From a virus (lineage: Duplodnaviria > Caudoviricetes): a stretch of DNA of 55,457 nucleotides. This document shows positions 27,543 through 37,648 of this stretch, piece after piece (position 1 is the first letter of the stretch; every line of letters begins with the position of its first letter). A model generated the notes under the pieces. It was given only the letters and a program-made list of their open reading frames with translations. It was not told where the DNA came from and made no database searches. Where the stretch lies: the IMG/VR virus record IMGVR_UViG_3300033067_001029, positions 1 through 55,457 of that record; one strand, written 5' to 3'. The translations under genes were made by a program, and so were the position numbers.

Positions 27543-28012
27543 GAAGCTTCGCCCGCAGCACCCACGTCTCCGCCGACCGAACCCGGGTCGAGATCGAGGA
27601 GATCCTCGCCCGGTTCGGCGCGTCCTCCTTCGGGTACATGACCGACGTGAAGAACCGGGTCGCGACGATCGGGTTCGAGGCCAAGGGTCTGCACATCATG
27701 ATGAAGATGGCCCTGCCGGACCGGGATGCGGAGGAGTTCACGATGCGGCCGTCGTCCTCGAAGGCCCGCCCGGTCCACATCGCCGAGAAGGCGTACCAGG
27801 ACGAGGTCCGCCGCCGCTGGCGGTGCCTCTGCCTTCTCGTCAAGGCGAAGATGGTCGCGGTCGCCGACCGCATCACGACGTTCGAGGACGAGTTCATGCC
27901 GTACATCGTCACGGGCAGCGGCGCGACCGTCTCCGAGGTCGTGACCCCGATGCTCAGCAGGCACCTGAACGACGGGTCCAAGTTCCTCCTCTCCTCCGGC
28001 CCGGACCGGTGA
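27539..28012 (+). CDS. Conserved phage hypothetical protein
   Basis: RTRVEIEEIL.RFGA...RRWR.L.LLVKAK...FEDEFMPY; GTGA overlaps at both ends. Confidence 0.7.
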   Translation: MRSFARSTHVSADRTRVEIEEILARFGASSFGYMTDVKNRVATIGFEAKGLHIMMKMALPDRDAEEFTMRPSSSKARPVHIAEKAYQDEVRRRWRCLCLLVKAKMVAVADRITTFEDEFMPYIVTGSGATVSEVVTPMLSRHLNDGSKFLLSSGPDR

Positions 28013-29778
28013 GGGTCGCGCTCGCCCGCCACCCGGAGGCGAAGAAGCGGCGGATGATCGCCGTCCTCGGGTGCGGCCCGGATACGTTCGAGGCGATGAA
28101 CGAAGCGTCGATCCCGTGGACGACGCACTGGCTGGAGCCCGGCGAGGATGCGCTCTTCTCGATCACGTCGACCCCGTTCGTCGTGAGGCTCCCGGGGTAC
28201 AGGGGCGTCGCGGACACCGCGTCGAAGCGGGCGATCCAGCGGTACCTTGTCGAGGCGATCGCCACGACGAAGAAGCGCGCCCTCGTCGAGCCCCCCGCGA
28301 ACCACTACCCGTGGGCGTCCCTGCTCTCTTCCGAGTTCACGCCACGCCGGTACCAGATCGCCGGGATGGAGCGGCTCTGGTCCCGCGTCGTCGGGCCGGG
28401 GTCGATCCTCCGGGGGCAGATCCTCAAGGACGACGTCGGCCTCGGCAAGACCGTGCAGATCGCCGGGGTGATCGCCCGCATGGTCGAGGAGGGCATGGCG
28501 TCGAAGGACGCCCCGGTCGTGGTCGTCTCTTCCCCGTCCGTCGTCGGCCAGTGGTACGACGAACTCCGCCGGTTCGTCCCGTCCCTCGACGCCCCCGGGG
28601 TCGTCTCGCACGTCTCCGGGGACAAGTCCGCTCGCCTCTACAGCCTCCGGCCCGGCGCGGTCGTCTACGCGATGCACCACCAGATGCTGCGGCTCCCGCA
28701 GTACGCCGACGCCGTGCGGGCCGTCTTTGAGCGGTCCTCCGGGGTGGTCCTCGACGAGTCGTCCGCGTTCGCAAACCATGAGTCGATGACCACGGTCATC
28801 GCCCGCCGACTCTGCCGCCTTGCCCCGTTCGTGATCGCCACGAACGCGACGCCGATCGAGAACCGGCTGAGCGACACCTTCGGGCAGATGAGCGTGGTCG
28901 ACGAGCCGGTCCTCGGCTCGTACTCGTGCTTTGGCAGCCGGTACATCGTCCGGGACGAGCGGTACGGGAAGGAGGTCAAGGCCGTCAACCTCGGGGAGTT
29001 CAAGACCCGCATCTCCGGGTCGTGGTTCGGCCGCCGCCACGAGGACGTCGACTCCGAACTCCCCGCCGTCGTCTCCGAGGTCCGGTCCGTTGAACTCGGG
29101 AAGCGGCAGGTCGCCGCGTACAAGGCCACGGTGGGGGAGTTTGTCGCGAACGAGGAGACCGGCGCGATCGCTCTCGCCCGCCTCGCCGCCGTGGAGCGGG
29201 CCGCGCTCTCGTCCGACCCGGAGCTTGAGGACATCAAGGCCGACTCCGCAAAGCTCGATGACCTCGACGAACTCCTCGATGGCGACCTCTCCTCTCAGCG
29301 GGTGCTGGTCTTCTCGAAGTACCGGCGGTCGGTCATCTACGCCGCGAAGCGGCTCGCCCGCCTCCGCCCGTTCGTGATCCACGGGGGCGTCCCGTTCGCG
29401 GAGCGGGACGCGATCCGCCGGAGGTTCTGCACGCCCGGCGGGCTCGGCCGCGTCATCGTCGGGACCGAAGCGATGGCCCGGGGCATGAACCTTCAAGACG
29501 CCTCGGTGGTGGTCAACCTCGACCTCCCGTGGAACCACGCGAAGCTCCGTCAGCGGGTCGGCCGCGTCGCCAGGATCGGCCAGAAGCGGAAGTCCGTCCT
29601 CGTCGTTTCGTACTGCGCCGTACTCCCGCACGCCGCCAGCGTCGACGGGTACTTCATCTCCAAGATCATGCAGAAGCGCGACCTCTCTGATTCGATTTAC
29701 GGGTCGGACTCCGTGAACGAGGTCGACTCCGCCCCGGTCGACGTCGGGGCCGTGCGGGAGTTCCTCCGGTCCCGGTGA
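28009..29778 (+). CDS. SNF2-family helicase
   Basis: DDVGLGKT, VVLDES, ATPIEN, GMNLQ and QRVGRVARIGQ motifs. Confidence 0.92.
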   Translation: MRVALARHPEAKKRRMIAVLGCGPDTFEAMNEASIPWTTHWLEPGEDALFSITSTPFVVRLPGYRGVADTASKRAIQRYLVEAIATTKKRALVEPPANHYPWASLLSSEFTPRRYQIAGMERLWSRVVGPGSILRGQILKDDVGLGKTVQIAGVIARMVEEGMASKDAPVVVVSSPSVVGQWYDELRRFVPSLDAPGVVSHVSGDKSARLYSLRPGAVVYAMHHQMLRLPQYADAVRAVFERSSGVVLDESSAFANHESMTTVIARRLCRLAPFVIATNATPIENRLSDTFGQMSVVDEPVLGSYSCFGSRYIVRDERYGKEVKAVNLGEFKTRISGSWFGRRHEDVDSELPAVVSEVRSVELGKRQVAAYKATVGEFVANEETGAIALARLAAVERAALSSDPELEDIKADSAKLDDLDELLDGDLSSQRVLVFSKYRRSVIYAAKRLARLRPFVIHGGVPFAERDAIRRRFCTPGGLGRVIVGTEAMARGMNLQDASVVVNLDLPWNHAKLRQRVGRVARIGQKRKSVLVVSYCAVLPHAASVDGYFISKIMQKRDLSDSIYGSDSVNEVDSAPVDVGAVREFLRSR

Positions 29779-29830
29779 TGGCGTGGCGGGAACGTCTCCG
29801 GTAGTTTCTACCAGAAACAAGGAGGCCCGC

Positions 29831-30904
29831 GTGACCACCGCCCAAGCCAACGCCAAGTCCGTCGAGTTCGGGGAGATCGACGTCTCCACCGAGGACCCGT
29901 TCTCCGAGATCAAGAAGACAACCGGGTCGTGGAACCCCAACAGCACGCTCCTCCTCTTCGACGCCCGGCACGCCGCGTACCGGGCGATCCACACCAGGGT
30001 CGGGCTCACCGCGCCGAACGGGGACAACACTTGCGGGCTCCACGGGTTCTTGGAGATCGTCTCCCAGGTCTGCGACATCTTCCGGTCGACCCGGTTCCTC
30101 TGCGTGTGGGACGGCGGGGTCGAGGCGAAGAGGAAGCTCCACCCGTTCTATAAGTCCCGGCAGGACAAGCCGTCGACCGCCGAGGAGGTCGCGAAGCAGG
30201 AGGACATCCGCAACGCGATGCGGGTCACGAAGGACGGAACGGCGAACATCGACATGCCGTCGATCCACCACAACGAGTTCGAGGCGGACGACCTGATCGG
30301 GTTCATCTCCCGGATCAGCAAGCCCAAGTGGGTCGAGCGGACGGTCATCGTGTCCGACGACAAGGACTTCTACCAGCTCATCACCCCGGACTGCTTCGTC
30401 TGGCGCGGGATCACCAAGCGGCTCGTCACGCCCGAGGCGTTCGCGGCCGAGTTCCCGTTCCCACCGGACGCTTATGTCGACTACAAGGCGCTCGTGGGTG
30501 AGCCGGAGACCGGGGACAACATCCCCGGGGTCGAGGGGTTCGGGGAGAAGACCGCCGCGAAGTACATCGGGTCGCACGGCACGCTCGACAACGCGATCGC
30601 CTTCGCGAAGAAGGCCGTCTCCCTCCCGAAGCCCAGGGCGGTCGACGTCAACCTCGCGAACTCCGAGGACGACGCCCGGCTCTCCTACCGGCTCTCGATG
30701 ATCGCGCGTTCGGCCGCGCACCTTGCCGCGTGGTCGAGCCCCGCCGTTGCCTCTCGGGTCCACGCCATCGTCAACAACCTTGTCTTCGGTGGGCTCGGGT
30801 ACAAGCAGAAGGAACTCCGCAAGGCCACCCGCATCCTCCGTGGCGAGTACGGGTTTGCCCATGAGACGTGCGCGTCCGTCCTCCCGATGATGGGGTACGA
30901 ATGA
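29831..30904 (+). CDS. 5'-3' exonuclease (PolI N-terminal/T4 RNase H-like)
   Basis: VWDG, EADDLI, VSDDKDFYQL and GDNIPGVEGFGEKTA motifs; GGAGG RBS. Confidence 0.92.
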   Translation: MTTAQANAKSVEFGEIDVSTEDPFSEIKKTTGSWNPNSTLLLFDARHAAYRAIHTRVGLTAPNGDNTCGLHGFLEIVSQVCDIFRSTRFLCVWDGGVEAKRKLHPFYKSRQDKPSTAEEVAKQEDIRNAMRVTKDGTANIDMPSIHHNEFEADDLIGFISRISKPKWVERTVIVSDDKDFYQLITPDCFVWRGITKRLVTPEAFAAEFPFPPDAYVDYKALVGEPETGDNIPGVEGFGEKTAAKYIGSHGTLDNAIAFAKKAVSLPKPRAVDVNLANSEDDARLSYRLSMIARSAAHLAAWSSPAVASRVHAIVNNLVFGGLGYKQKELRKATRILRGEYGFAHETCASVLPMMGYE

Positions 30905-31515
30905 GCCGGTACGACTCTACCTCCGCCCCCGAAAACGCCATCGGGAAGGTCGGGCAGCACAAGTGGCAGTCGTGCGAAGAGCACGCCCGCCGCGTCTACA
31001 CCGACAACCGGGTCGGCGTTGTCTGGAAGATCGGCGCGAAGGCCCGCGAGTACGACTCTCGCGGTATTCGTGCGAGCGGGATGGTCGTCGAGCCCGAGCG
31101 GTACGTCTGCGACAAGTGCGCGAAGTCGTTCAAGACCCCCGACGACCCCGAGATCTACATCGAGTCCGAGAGCCACGAGAACAAGCCCGGGCCCGAGCAA
31201 TGGTTCAAAGAGGGCCCGCGCCCCGGGGGCCCCATCTTCTCCATCGAGGGTGAAAGGATCGCGACGACCCTGATCGTCCTCGGGAAGATCGAGAACAGCA
31301 TCGTCAAGATGTTGTACGAGATCGTCCCCAAGGTCAACCCCGGCGTCCGATCCCCCGGCATGACCGCGTACGTTCGCCGGGTGAAGATCACCATCAAGAA
31401 GTCCTTCGAGACGGCGACCCGGGAGTTCAAGAAGGTCCAGGACGCCTACGTCTTCTGCTCCCGGACTCCGCCGTACGACCCGGTCGCGGGAATGTCCCGG
31501 GAGGGACCACCATGA
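30901..31515 (+). CDS. Hypothetical protein (possible Zn ribbon)
   Basis: ATGA overlap; CEEH and CDKC. Confidence 0.55.
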   Translation: MSRYDSTSAPENAIGKVGQHKWQSCEEHARRVYTDNRVGVVWKIGAKAREYDSRGIRASGMVVEPERYVCDKCAKSFKTPDDPEIYIESESHENKPGPEQWFKEGPRPGGPIFSIEGERIATTLIVLGKIENSIVKMLYEIVPKVNPGVRSPGMTAYVRRVKITIKKSFETATREFKKVQDAYVFCSRTPPYDPVAGMSREGPP

Positions 31516-31712
31516 GCAACAAGGACGCTGCGGCGAAGATCACCGAGGCGATGGAAACGCTCCGCGAGGCGGAGCGGTCGATCGACCACGACCCGCACCG
31601 GAAGAACGAGCGGGTGATCCACCTGCTCCGGTTCATCGGGTCGCGCGTCGCCCGGAGGCTCGACCCCGACCTCCCCGAGCCCGACGTCTACCCTTGGCAG
31701 CGGCCCGCCTAG
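31512..31712 (+). CDS. Small hypothetical protein
   Basis: GGAGG RBS and ATGA overlap. Confidence 0.6.
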   Translation: MSNKDAAAKITEAMETLREAERSIDHDPHRKNERVIHLLRFIGSRVARRLDPDLPEPDVYPWQRPA

Positions 31713-31730
31713 TTTCTGAGAGAAACAAAG

Positions 31731-34700
31731 ATGCCTGAGAAGTTCGCCCACCTGCACCTGCACACCGACCGGTCGATGCTCGATGGTGTGGGGAGGTCGT
31801 CCGAGTACGCCGAGCTTGCCGCCGGGGCCGGGCACGCCGCCCTCGCGATCACCGACCACGGCAACCTCTACGGGCTCCCGGAGCACCGGCGGGCGTGCGG
31901 CAAGGTCGGCATCAAGCCCGTGTACGGGTGCGAACTCTACATCAACGAGGACCGGCTCCGCTCCTCCGGGCAGTCCAAGCAGGAGGCGGAGGGCGTCGAC
32001 CCGACGTTCGCGGACGCCCACCTCGTCGCGCTCTGTCTCGACAACGCCGGGTGGAAGAACCTGCTCAAGATCAACCACGACTCCGTGGTGAATGGGTACT
32101 ACTACCGCCCCCGGACGGACACGGACTTCGTCCTCTCCCACTCCGAGGGGCTCGCGGTTACGACCGCGTGCCTCGGGTCCCAGTTCGGGAGGCTCGCCGC
32201 GTCCGGGGACGTGAAGAGGCTCCGCGAGATCCTCGGCCGGTACAAGGACGCCTTCGGGGACCGGTTCTTTGTCGAGGTCCATCTCAACGAGCTTGAGCTG
32301 CAGCGCCGGGTCAACGCCGTCCTCCTCCGCGAGGCGTCGGCGATGAAGATCACGCCCATCCTCACGTCCGACGTCCACTATGCGTGCGCCGGGGACGCCC
32401 ACCTTCAGGACGAGATGATCGCGATCGCCCGGCACACGCCGGTCAACGACCCCAAGGCGTTCAAGCTCGAAGGCCGCCACCTCTACTACACGTCCGTCGA
32501 GGAGGCCGTCCGGCTGGCGCGGGACCTCAAGACCGGGCTCGACCCGAAGTTCATCCGCCGCGCCGCCGCGAACGCCTTTGAGTTGGCGGACCGCGCCTCG
32601 GCGGACATCTACCCGAAGGGCGGCGGGCTCTCCCCGCCCCGGTACATCGCGGAGAACGGGAAGCCCGTCGCGGATCCGTTCCGCACGCTGGAAGACCTCG
32701 CCGTCGCCGGGTCCGAGGATCGGTTCAAGAAGGTCTTCGACCGTGACCGCCGGTACTACGACCGCCTCCGCTTCGAGTTGGAGACGATCAAGAAGTGCGG
32801 CATGTCCGACTTCTACCTCGTCACCGCCGACGTCACGCGGGAGGCCCGCCGCCGTGGCATCTTCTCGTGGACGCGCGGGTCCGGGTGCGCCTCCCTCGTC
32901 GCCGCGTGCATCGGGATCACGTCGGTGGACCCGATCCGGTTCGGGCTCCTCTTCGAGCGGTTCGTCGATCCGTCCCGCCCGAACGCCCCGGACTTCGATA
33001 TCGATATCGACTCGACCCGCCGCCCCGAGATCATCGACTGGCTGACCCGGAAGTACGGCGGGGAGAGCGGGGAGCGGATCGCCCGCATCTCCGCCCTGTC
33101 GACGTTCGGGCTCAAGGCCGCGATCCGGGACGTCTGCTTCGCGGTCGGCGGGGACTCCAGGGCCGCGTACGCCGTCTCCGACGCCGTGGACGAACTCCCC
33201 GCCTCCGTCGAGGCGTCCCTCGCGGACGCCACCCCGTCGGAGCGCGTCGCCGCGATCGAGAACGCCGAGGCGGAGTTCCGCAAGGTGCTGACGCCGGAGG
33301 TCGCGGACAACTTCTTCGTGAAGAACAAGGGCGTGGCCGTCGACGCCCTTTCGATGGTCGGCCGCGTGAGGGGGAGGACGCAGCACGCCGCCGGGTACGT
33401 CGTCGCCCCGGGGCCGCTCGTGGACTACCTCCCGGTCGACCGGATCGGGTCCGGGGAGAAGGCCGCGATCGTCTCCGCGTGGGGCGAGGGGCTCGCGATG
33501 CAGGACATCGGCGAGACAGGGCTCATGAAGATCGACCTGCTCGGGCTCGAAGCCTGCACGGTCATCTCCCACGCCGCGTCGATGGTGATGGAGCGGGCCG
33601 AGGTCAATATCTTCGACGAGATCGACGGGCTCGGCATGAACTTCTCCGACGAGAAGGTCCGCGCCGAGTACGCGAAGGGCGACGGGGTCGGGCTCCACCA
33701 GTTGGCGACTCAGGACCGGAAACTCGCCGGGATCGTCTCCCGCCTTCGCCCCAAGTCCGTCGCGGAGGTCGCCGCCGCGATCTCCCTCTACCGGCCGGGC
33801 TCGATGGCCCACGTCGACGAGTTCGTCCGGCGGGCGCGGGGGGAGAACCCGGTCCCGAAGGTCCACCCGATCGTCGACGAGGTTCTCCGCGAGACGTACG
33901 GCATCGCGGTGTACCAGGAGCAGGTGATGATCCTGCTCCACCGGCTCGGCCGCGTCCCGCTCCGGAAGGCGTACGAGGTCATCAAGGCGATCTCGAAGAA
34001 GCGGCTCGACAAGATCCAGTCGGCCCGCGAGGAGTTCATCAAGGGGGCGTCCGCTTCCGGGCTTGCCGTTTCGGAGGCGGAGCGCATCTTCGGGGACATC
34101 GAGAACTTCGCGGGGTACGGGTTCAACAAGGCCCACGCGGTCTCCTACGCGATCCTCTCGTGGATCACCGCGTACCTCCGGGCGTACCACCCCACGGAGT
34201 TCTGGTGTTCGCTCCTGAACAGCACGCCGAACGAGGCCCCGGCGAAGCACAAGAAGGACGCCATCCGCAAGGTCGAGGTCGTCATGCGGGCCGCGAAGAA
34301 GTCCGGGCTCACGCTCCTCCCTCCGGACGTGACGTCGTCCTCGTCCGCGTGGGCCGTCGTAGGCCCGTCGAAGCTCCTTGCCCCGCTCTCGATCATCCCC
34401 GGCGTTGGGGACGCCGCCGCCGAGATGATCGCCGAGGCGGCCGGGTCGTCGAAGTGGGGGACGCTCTCGAAGTTTCTGGCATGGGCGGAGAAGAACAAGA
34501 AGGCCGCGAACAGCCGGGTCGTGTGCGCCCTAGCGAACGGCGGGGCGTTCCGGTCCCTCGGGGTCTGCCTGACGAAGGCCCACGACGTCGCGAAGGTCTA
34601 CCAGTCCGCGCCGTCCGGGAGTCGGCTCAAACACGTTGAGGCCGCCGCCCGCGCCGGGAGCCTGCTCAAGACGAAGCGGGACCCGGAGATCGAAATGTCG

Positions 34701-35099
34701 ATCGAGCGGTCCGCGATCGGGTTCAACTTCTGGCACTCCCCGTGGTCCGTCAACGGGAGGTCGGAGAAGATCGCCCGGCTCCGCGAACTCCACAAGATCC
34801 CGGACGCCGGGGACCGGGTCTCTTTCGGGAAGCGGTACCCGTTCCTGCTGTCCGCGATCCGGAAGCACGTCGACAAGAAGGGGAACGAGATGGCGTTCCT
34901 GTCCCTTGAAAGCCCGGAGGGGGACCCGGTGAAGGGGCTCTGCTTCTCCTCGGTCTGGAAGTCGATCGGGGACCGCCCGCTCGTCGGCCGCGTCTACCTC
35001 ATCTCCGGAAAGTACGGGAACGACCGGACGGACTTCATCGTCGAGAAGAGCGGGACGTCCTTCTCCCCGTTCCGGTCGATCGATGCCATGCACGCCTAG
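31731..35099 (+). CDS. dnaE: DNA polymerase III alpha subunit
   Basis: PHP motifs HLHLHT..S.LDG and TDHG; RGSG, PDFDID, KIDLLGL, YGFNKAHA; C-terminal OB fold. Confidence 0.97.
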   Translation: MPEKFAHLHLHTDRSMLDGVGRSSEYAELAAGAGHAALAITDHGNLYGLPEHRRACGKVGIKPVYGCELYINEDRLRSSGQSKQEAEGVDPTFADAHLVALCLDNAGWKNLLKINHDSVVNGYYYRPRTDTDFVLSHSEGLAVTTACLGSQFGRLAASGDVKRLREILGRYKDAFGDRFFVEVHLNELELQRRVNAVLLREASAMKITPILTSDVHYACAGDAHLQDEMIAIARHTPVNDPKAFKLEGRHLYYTSVEEAVRLARDLKTGLDPKFIRRAAANAFELADRASADIYPKGGGLSPPRYIAENGKPVADPFRTLEDLAVAGSEDRFKKVFDRDRRYYDRLRFELETIKKCGMSDFYLVTADVTREARRRGIFSWTRGSGCASLVAACIGITSVDPIRFGLLFERFVDPSRPNAPDFDIDIDSTRRPEIIDWLTRKYGGESGERIARISALSTFGLKAAIRDVCFAVGGDSRAAYAVSDAVDELPASVEASLADATPSERVAAIENAEAEFRKVLTPEVADNFFVKNKGVAVDALSMVGRVRGRTQHAAGYVVAPGPLVDYLPVDRIGSGEKAAIVSAWGEGLAMQDIGETGLMKIDLLGLEACTVISHAASMVMERAEVNIFDEIDGLGMNFSDEKVRAEYAKGDGVGLHQLATQDRKLAGIVSRLRPKSVAEVAAAISLYRPGSMAHVDEFVRRARGENPVPKVHPIVDEVLRETYGIAVYQEQVMILLHRLGRVPLRKAYEVIKAISKKRLDKIQSAREEFIKGASASGLAVSEAERIFGDIENFAGYGFNKAHAVSYAILSWITAYLRAYHPTEFWCSLLNSTPNEAPAKHKKDAIRKVEVVMRAAKKSGLTLLPPDVTSSSSAWAVVGPSKLLAPLSIIPGVGDAAAEMIAEAAGSSKWGTLSKFLAWAEKNKKAANSRVVCALANGGAFRSLGVCLTKAHDVAKVYQSAPSGSRLKHVEAAARAGSLLKTKRDPEIEMSIERSAIGFNFWHSPWSVNGRSEKIARLRELHKIPDAGDRVSFGKRYPFLLSAIRKHVDKKGNEMAFLSLESPEGDPVKGLCFSSVWKSIGDRPLVGRVYLISGKYGNDRTDFIVEKSGTSFSPFRSIDAMHA

Positions 35100-35105
35100 C
35101 CGCGC

Positions 35106-35118
35106 GGGAACGTGAAGC
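35106..35118 (+). promoter_or_regulatory. GGGAACGT-N5-start motif (putative phage-specific leaderless promoter)
   Basis: Same spacing at 37636, 45329 and 48593; N6 at 52424; GGTAACGT variant at 55162. Confidence 0.7.
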
Positions 35119-35748
35119 GTGGCCAAGAACGACATTACCTTTCGCTGTCCGAAGTGCCGCGATCGCGGGCATATCCCAACCCACGGGGGAGTGGTCCGGT
35201 GCGACTGCCTCCGCATGGAGATCAACAAGCGGGCCTTCATCGCCGCCGGAATCCCGGCGGCCGTGGCGTCCCTCCCTATCGAGGAGATCGCCGCGTCGGT
35301 CCCGCCGATGATGGGGAAGTTTCTGACGGAAACAAGGCGCGGGGACGTGTGGGTCATCGCGCCCCGGACCTCCCCGATGCTGGAGTTCGTGCTTGCCTAC
35401 GCCCTCTCGCTCCGGGCCGACCAGTTCTGCTCCGGGATCTCCCTGTCGAAGACGATCGACTCGCGGTTCGACCGAGAGGCGAAGGGCGTCGTCGACGCGA
35501 TGGTGTCGTCCTCTTCGACGCTCATATTCCGGATCGACGACGTCGGCGATCACATGAAGATTCAGAGTGTCATGGAGGAGGTCGTCGGGGTCCGGAGCGC
35601 GAACAAGGCGTCGACGATCTACGTCTCCGATGTGTCTATCGTGAAGCACACGGGCAGGTACGGCATCCACGTCTGCCGCTTCTTCTCCGAGTTCAACAAG
35701 TCCGCGTCGCTCAAGTCCGGCTTGACGGTCCGCCACCGACCCTTCTGA
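35119..35748 (+). CDS. DnaC/IstB-like helicase loader, degenerate ATPase
   Basis: CPKC..CDC Zn site and Walker B-like IDDVG; no GKT; precedes DnaB. Confidence 0.5.
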   Translation: MAKNDITFRCPKCRDRGHIPTHGGVVRCDCLRMEINKRAFIAAGIPAAVASLPIEEIAASVPPMMGKFLTETRRGDVWVIAPRTSPMLEFVLAYALSLRADQFCSGISLSKTIDSRFDREAKGVVDAMVSSSSTLIFRIDDVGDHMKIQSVMEEVVGVRSANKASTIYVSDVSIVKHTGRYGIHVCRFFSEFNKSASLKSGLTVRHRPF

Positions 35749-35758
35749 GGAGCCCCGC

Positions 35759-37213
35759 GTGTCCGAGTATTCGATCGACGACGTCAAGAAGGCCGAGCTG
35801 GTCGTCCTCTCCGGGCTGATCGCCAACCCCGCACGCTTCTCCGAGGTCGAGGCGATCGACCCGAAGACGTTCACGACGCCGGAGGTTCGGGTCGCGATGG
35901 TCGCCGCCCAGGAGTACCGCAAGAAGTCCTCCCGGGCGAGCGGGGTCCGGTACCCGCCCCCGGAGGCCCTGCTTCACCTTGCCGAGAAGATGCTCTCGAA
36001 GCCGACGAAGGACAAGGCCAAGGACCGGCGGAACCACGGGGTGCTGGAGTCCGTCCGCCGGACCTTCGCGGACGTCGGGTCGTGGCCCGACCCCGGCGAG
36101 CACGAGTTCCTCGACCGGCTCGCGTTTATCAAGGCCGCGTCCGCCGACGTCCTCATCCGGCGGGAGATGCTCGACGCCGTCGAGATGCTCCGGAAGGGCG
36201 TCGACCACGACCGGATCTCCGATGTTCTCTCCCGCGCCGCCTCCCACGCCAAGGCGTCCTCGTCGACGATCGCGGAGGGCGAGATCGCGGCGGACGCACG
36301 GTCGGCGCTGGCCGACTACCACGCCGCCAAGAACAAGCCGACCGGCATCTACATCCCGACGCCGTGGCCCCGGCTCAACCGGGTCGTCGGCGGAGGGGTC
36401 TACGGGAGGCTCTGGCTCGATTGCGCGTACGCGAAGCAGGGGAAGACTCAGACCGCGAAGGACCTCGTGTACCACGCCGCGATCGGTCAGGTCTACGACA
36501 AGGAGACGAACCCGGGCGGGATCCCCGAGGGGCTCGACTGCGTCGTCGTCACGTCCGAGCAGAACCGGGCGGACGTCCGGAACATGATCCTGACCCGGCA
36601 CACGCACAAGTTCGTCCCGATGGGCGCGGACTACAAGGGGTTCACGTCCGGGCGGCTGACGGAGGAGCACGAGCGGGCGTACGAGGCCGCCGCTGCGGAT
36701 CTGGAGTCGAACAAGGCGTACGGCAAGATCAGGTACATCCAGGCCCCGAACCGGACGACGACGCGGGAGATCTCGTCGATGATCGCGAAGTATTCGCGGG
36801 AGCGGCCGATCGACGTCCTCATGGTCGACCACACCATGCTGTTTGCCCCGACCAACCGCCAGTACGACCGCGTCTCGGAGCTTTCCGCGTTTCTGCAGGA
36901 GTTGAAGGACCTCACGATCAACTACAACCGGGGCCGTGGCCTTTGGACGATCGCCTGCCACCAGATCAAGCGCGAGGGGTACGAGGCGGCGCTCACGCGG
37001 GGGTACTACGAGCCCTCGGACGCGGGTGGTTCGTCGGAGGCGGAGCGGTCGTGCGACGTCATGCTCTGGACGTTCTTCAACCAAGAACTCGACGAGCGGA
37101 ACGAGATCCGGATGGGCGTCGCGATCGACCGGTACGGGGAAGCGGACAAGATGGGATGGCTCGCGGCCAAGTGCTTCTACTCCGCCGCGATCCTTCCACT
37201 GGAGGACTCGTGA
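35759..37213 (+). CDS. dnaB: DnaB-like replicative helicase
   Basis: TPWPRLN, AYAKQGKT, TSEQ, LMVDH, CHQIKR and ERSCD motifs. Confidence 0.88.
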   Translation: MSEYSIDDVKKAELVVLSGLIANPARFSEVEAIDPKTFTTPEVRVAMVAAQEYRKKSSRASGVRYPPPEALLHLAEKMLSKPTKDKAKDRRNHGVLESVRRTFADVGSWPDPGEHEFLDRLAFIKAASADVLIRREMLDAVEMLRKGVDHDRISDVLSRAASHAKASSSTIAEGEIAADARSALADYHAAKNKPTGIYIPTPWPRLNRVVGGGVYGRLWLDCAYAKQGKTQTAKDLVYHAAIGQVYDKETNPGGIPEGLDCVVVTSEQNRADVRNMILTRHTHKFVPMGADYKGFTSGRLTEEHERAYEAAAADLESNKAYGKIRYIQAPNRTTTREISSMIAKYSRERPIDVLMVDHTMLFAPTNRQYDRVSELSAFLQELKDLTINYNRGRGLWTIACHQIKREGYEAALTRGYYEPSDAGGSSEAERSCDVMLWTFFNQELDERNEIRMGVAIDRYGEADKMGWLAAKCFYSAAILPLEDS

Positions 37214-37215
37214 AG

Positions 37216-37635
37216 ATGCCGACGAAGAAGCTGTACCGGCAGACGCACGGCGGGCCCGAGTGCGGGGTGCTGGTGGTCGACGACGAAGACGCGGACCTCC
37301 TCCACCAGAAGTGGAGGCTGCACGCCGAGGGGTACGCCTGCATCGGTCGCGGGCGTCCGGGAAACCCGACGATCTACATCCACCGCATCATCGCCGAGCG
37401 GTTCATCGGGCCGATCCCGCCGGGCCCGGTGATCGACCACGTCAACCACAACCGGCTCGACAACCGGAGGTCCAACCTCCGGGTCGTCTCGAACGAAGAG
37501 AACCTACGCCGGAACCGGAAGCCGTCCGACTTCAAGACCTGCGCCGCGTGCCAAATGAGGTCCCGGAAGGTCGCCGAGTGCCCGCTCTGCCTGATCCCGC
37601 TCTGCCCGGTCTGCGCCGCCGATCATTCGTGCTAG
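37216..37635 (+). CDS. HNH endonuclease with C-terminal Cys cluster
   Basis: YIHRII...IDHVNHNRLDNRRSNLR.V...EN. Confidence 0.9.
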   Translation: MPTKKLYRQTHGGPECGVLVVDDEDADLLHQKWRLHAEGYACIGRGRPGNPTIYIHRIIAERFIGPIPPGPVIDHVNHNRLDNRRSNLRVVSNEENLRRNRKPSDFKTCAACQMRSRKVAECPLCLIPLCPVCAADHSC

Positions 37636-37648
37636 GGGAACGTCCCGC

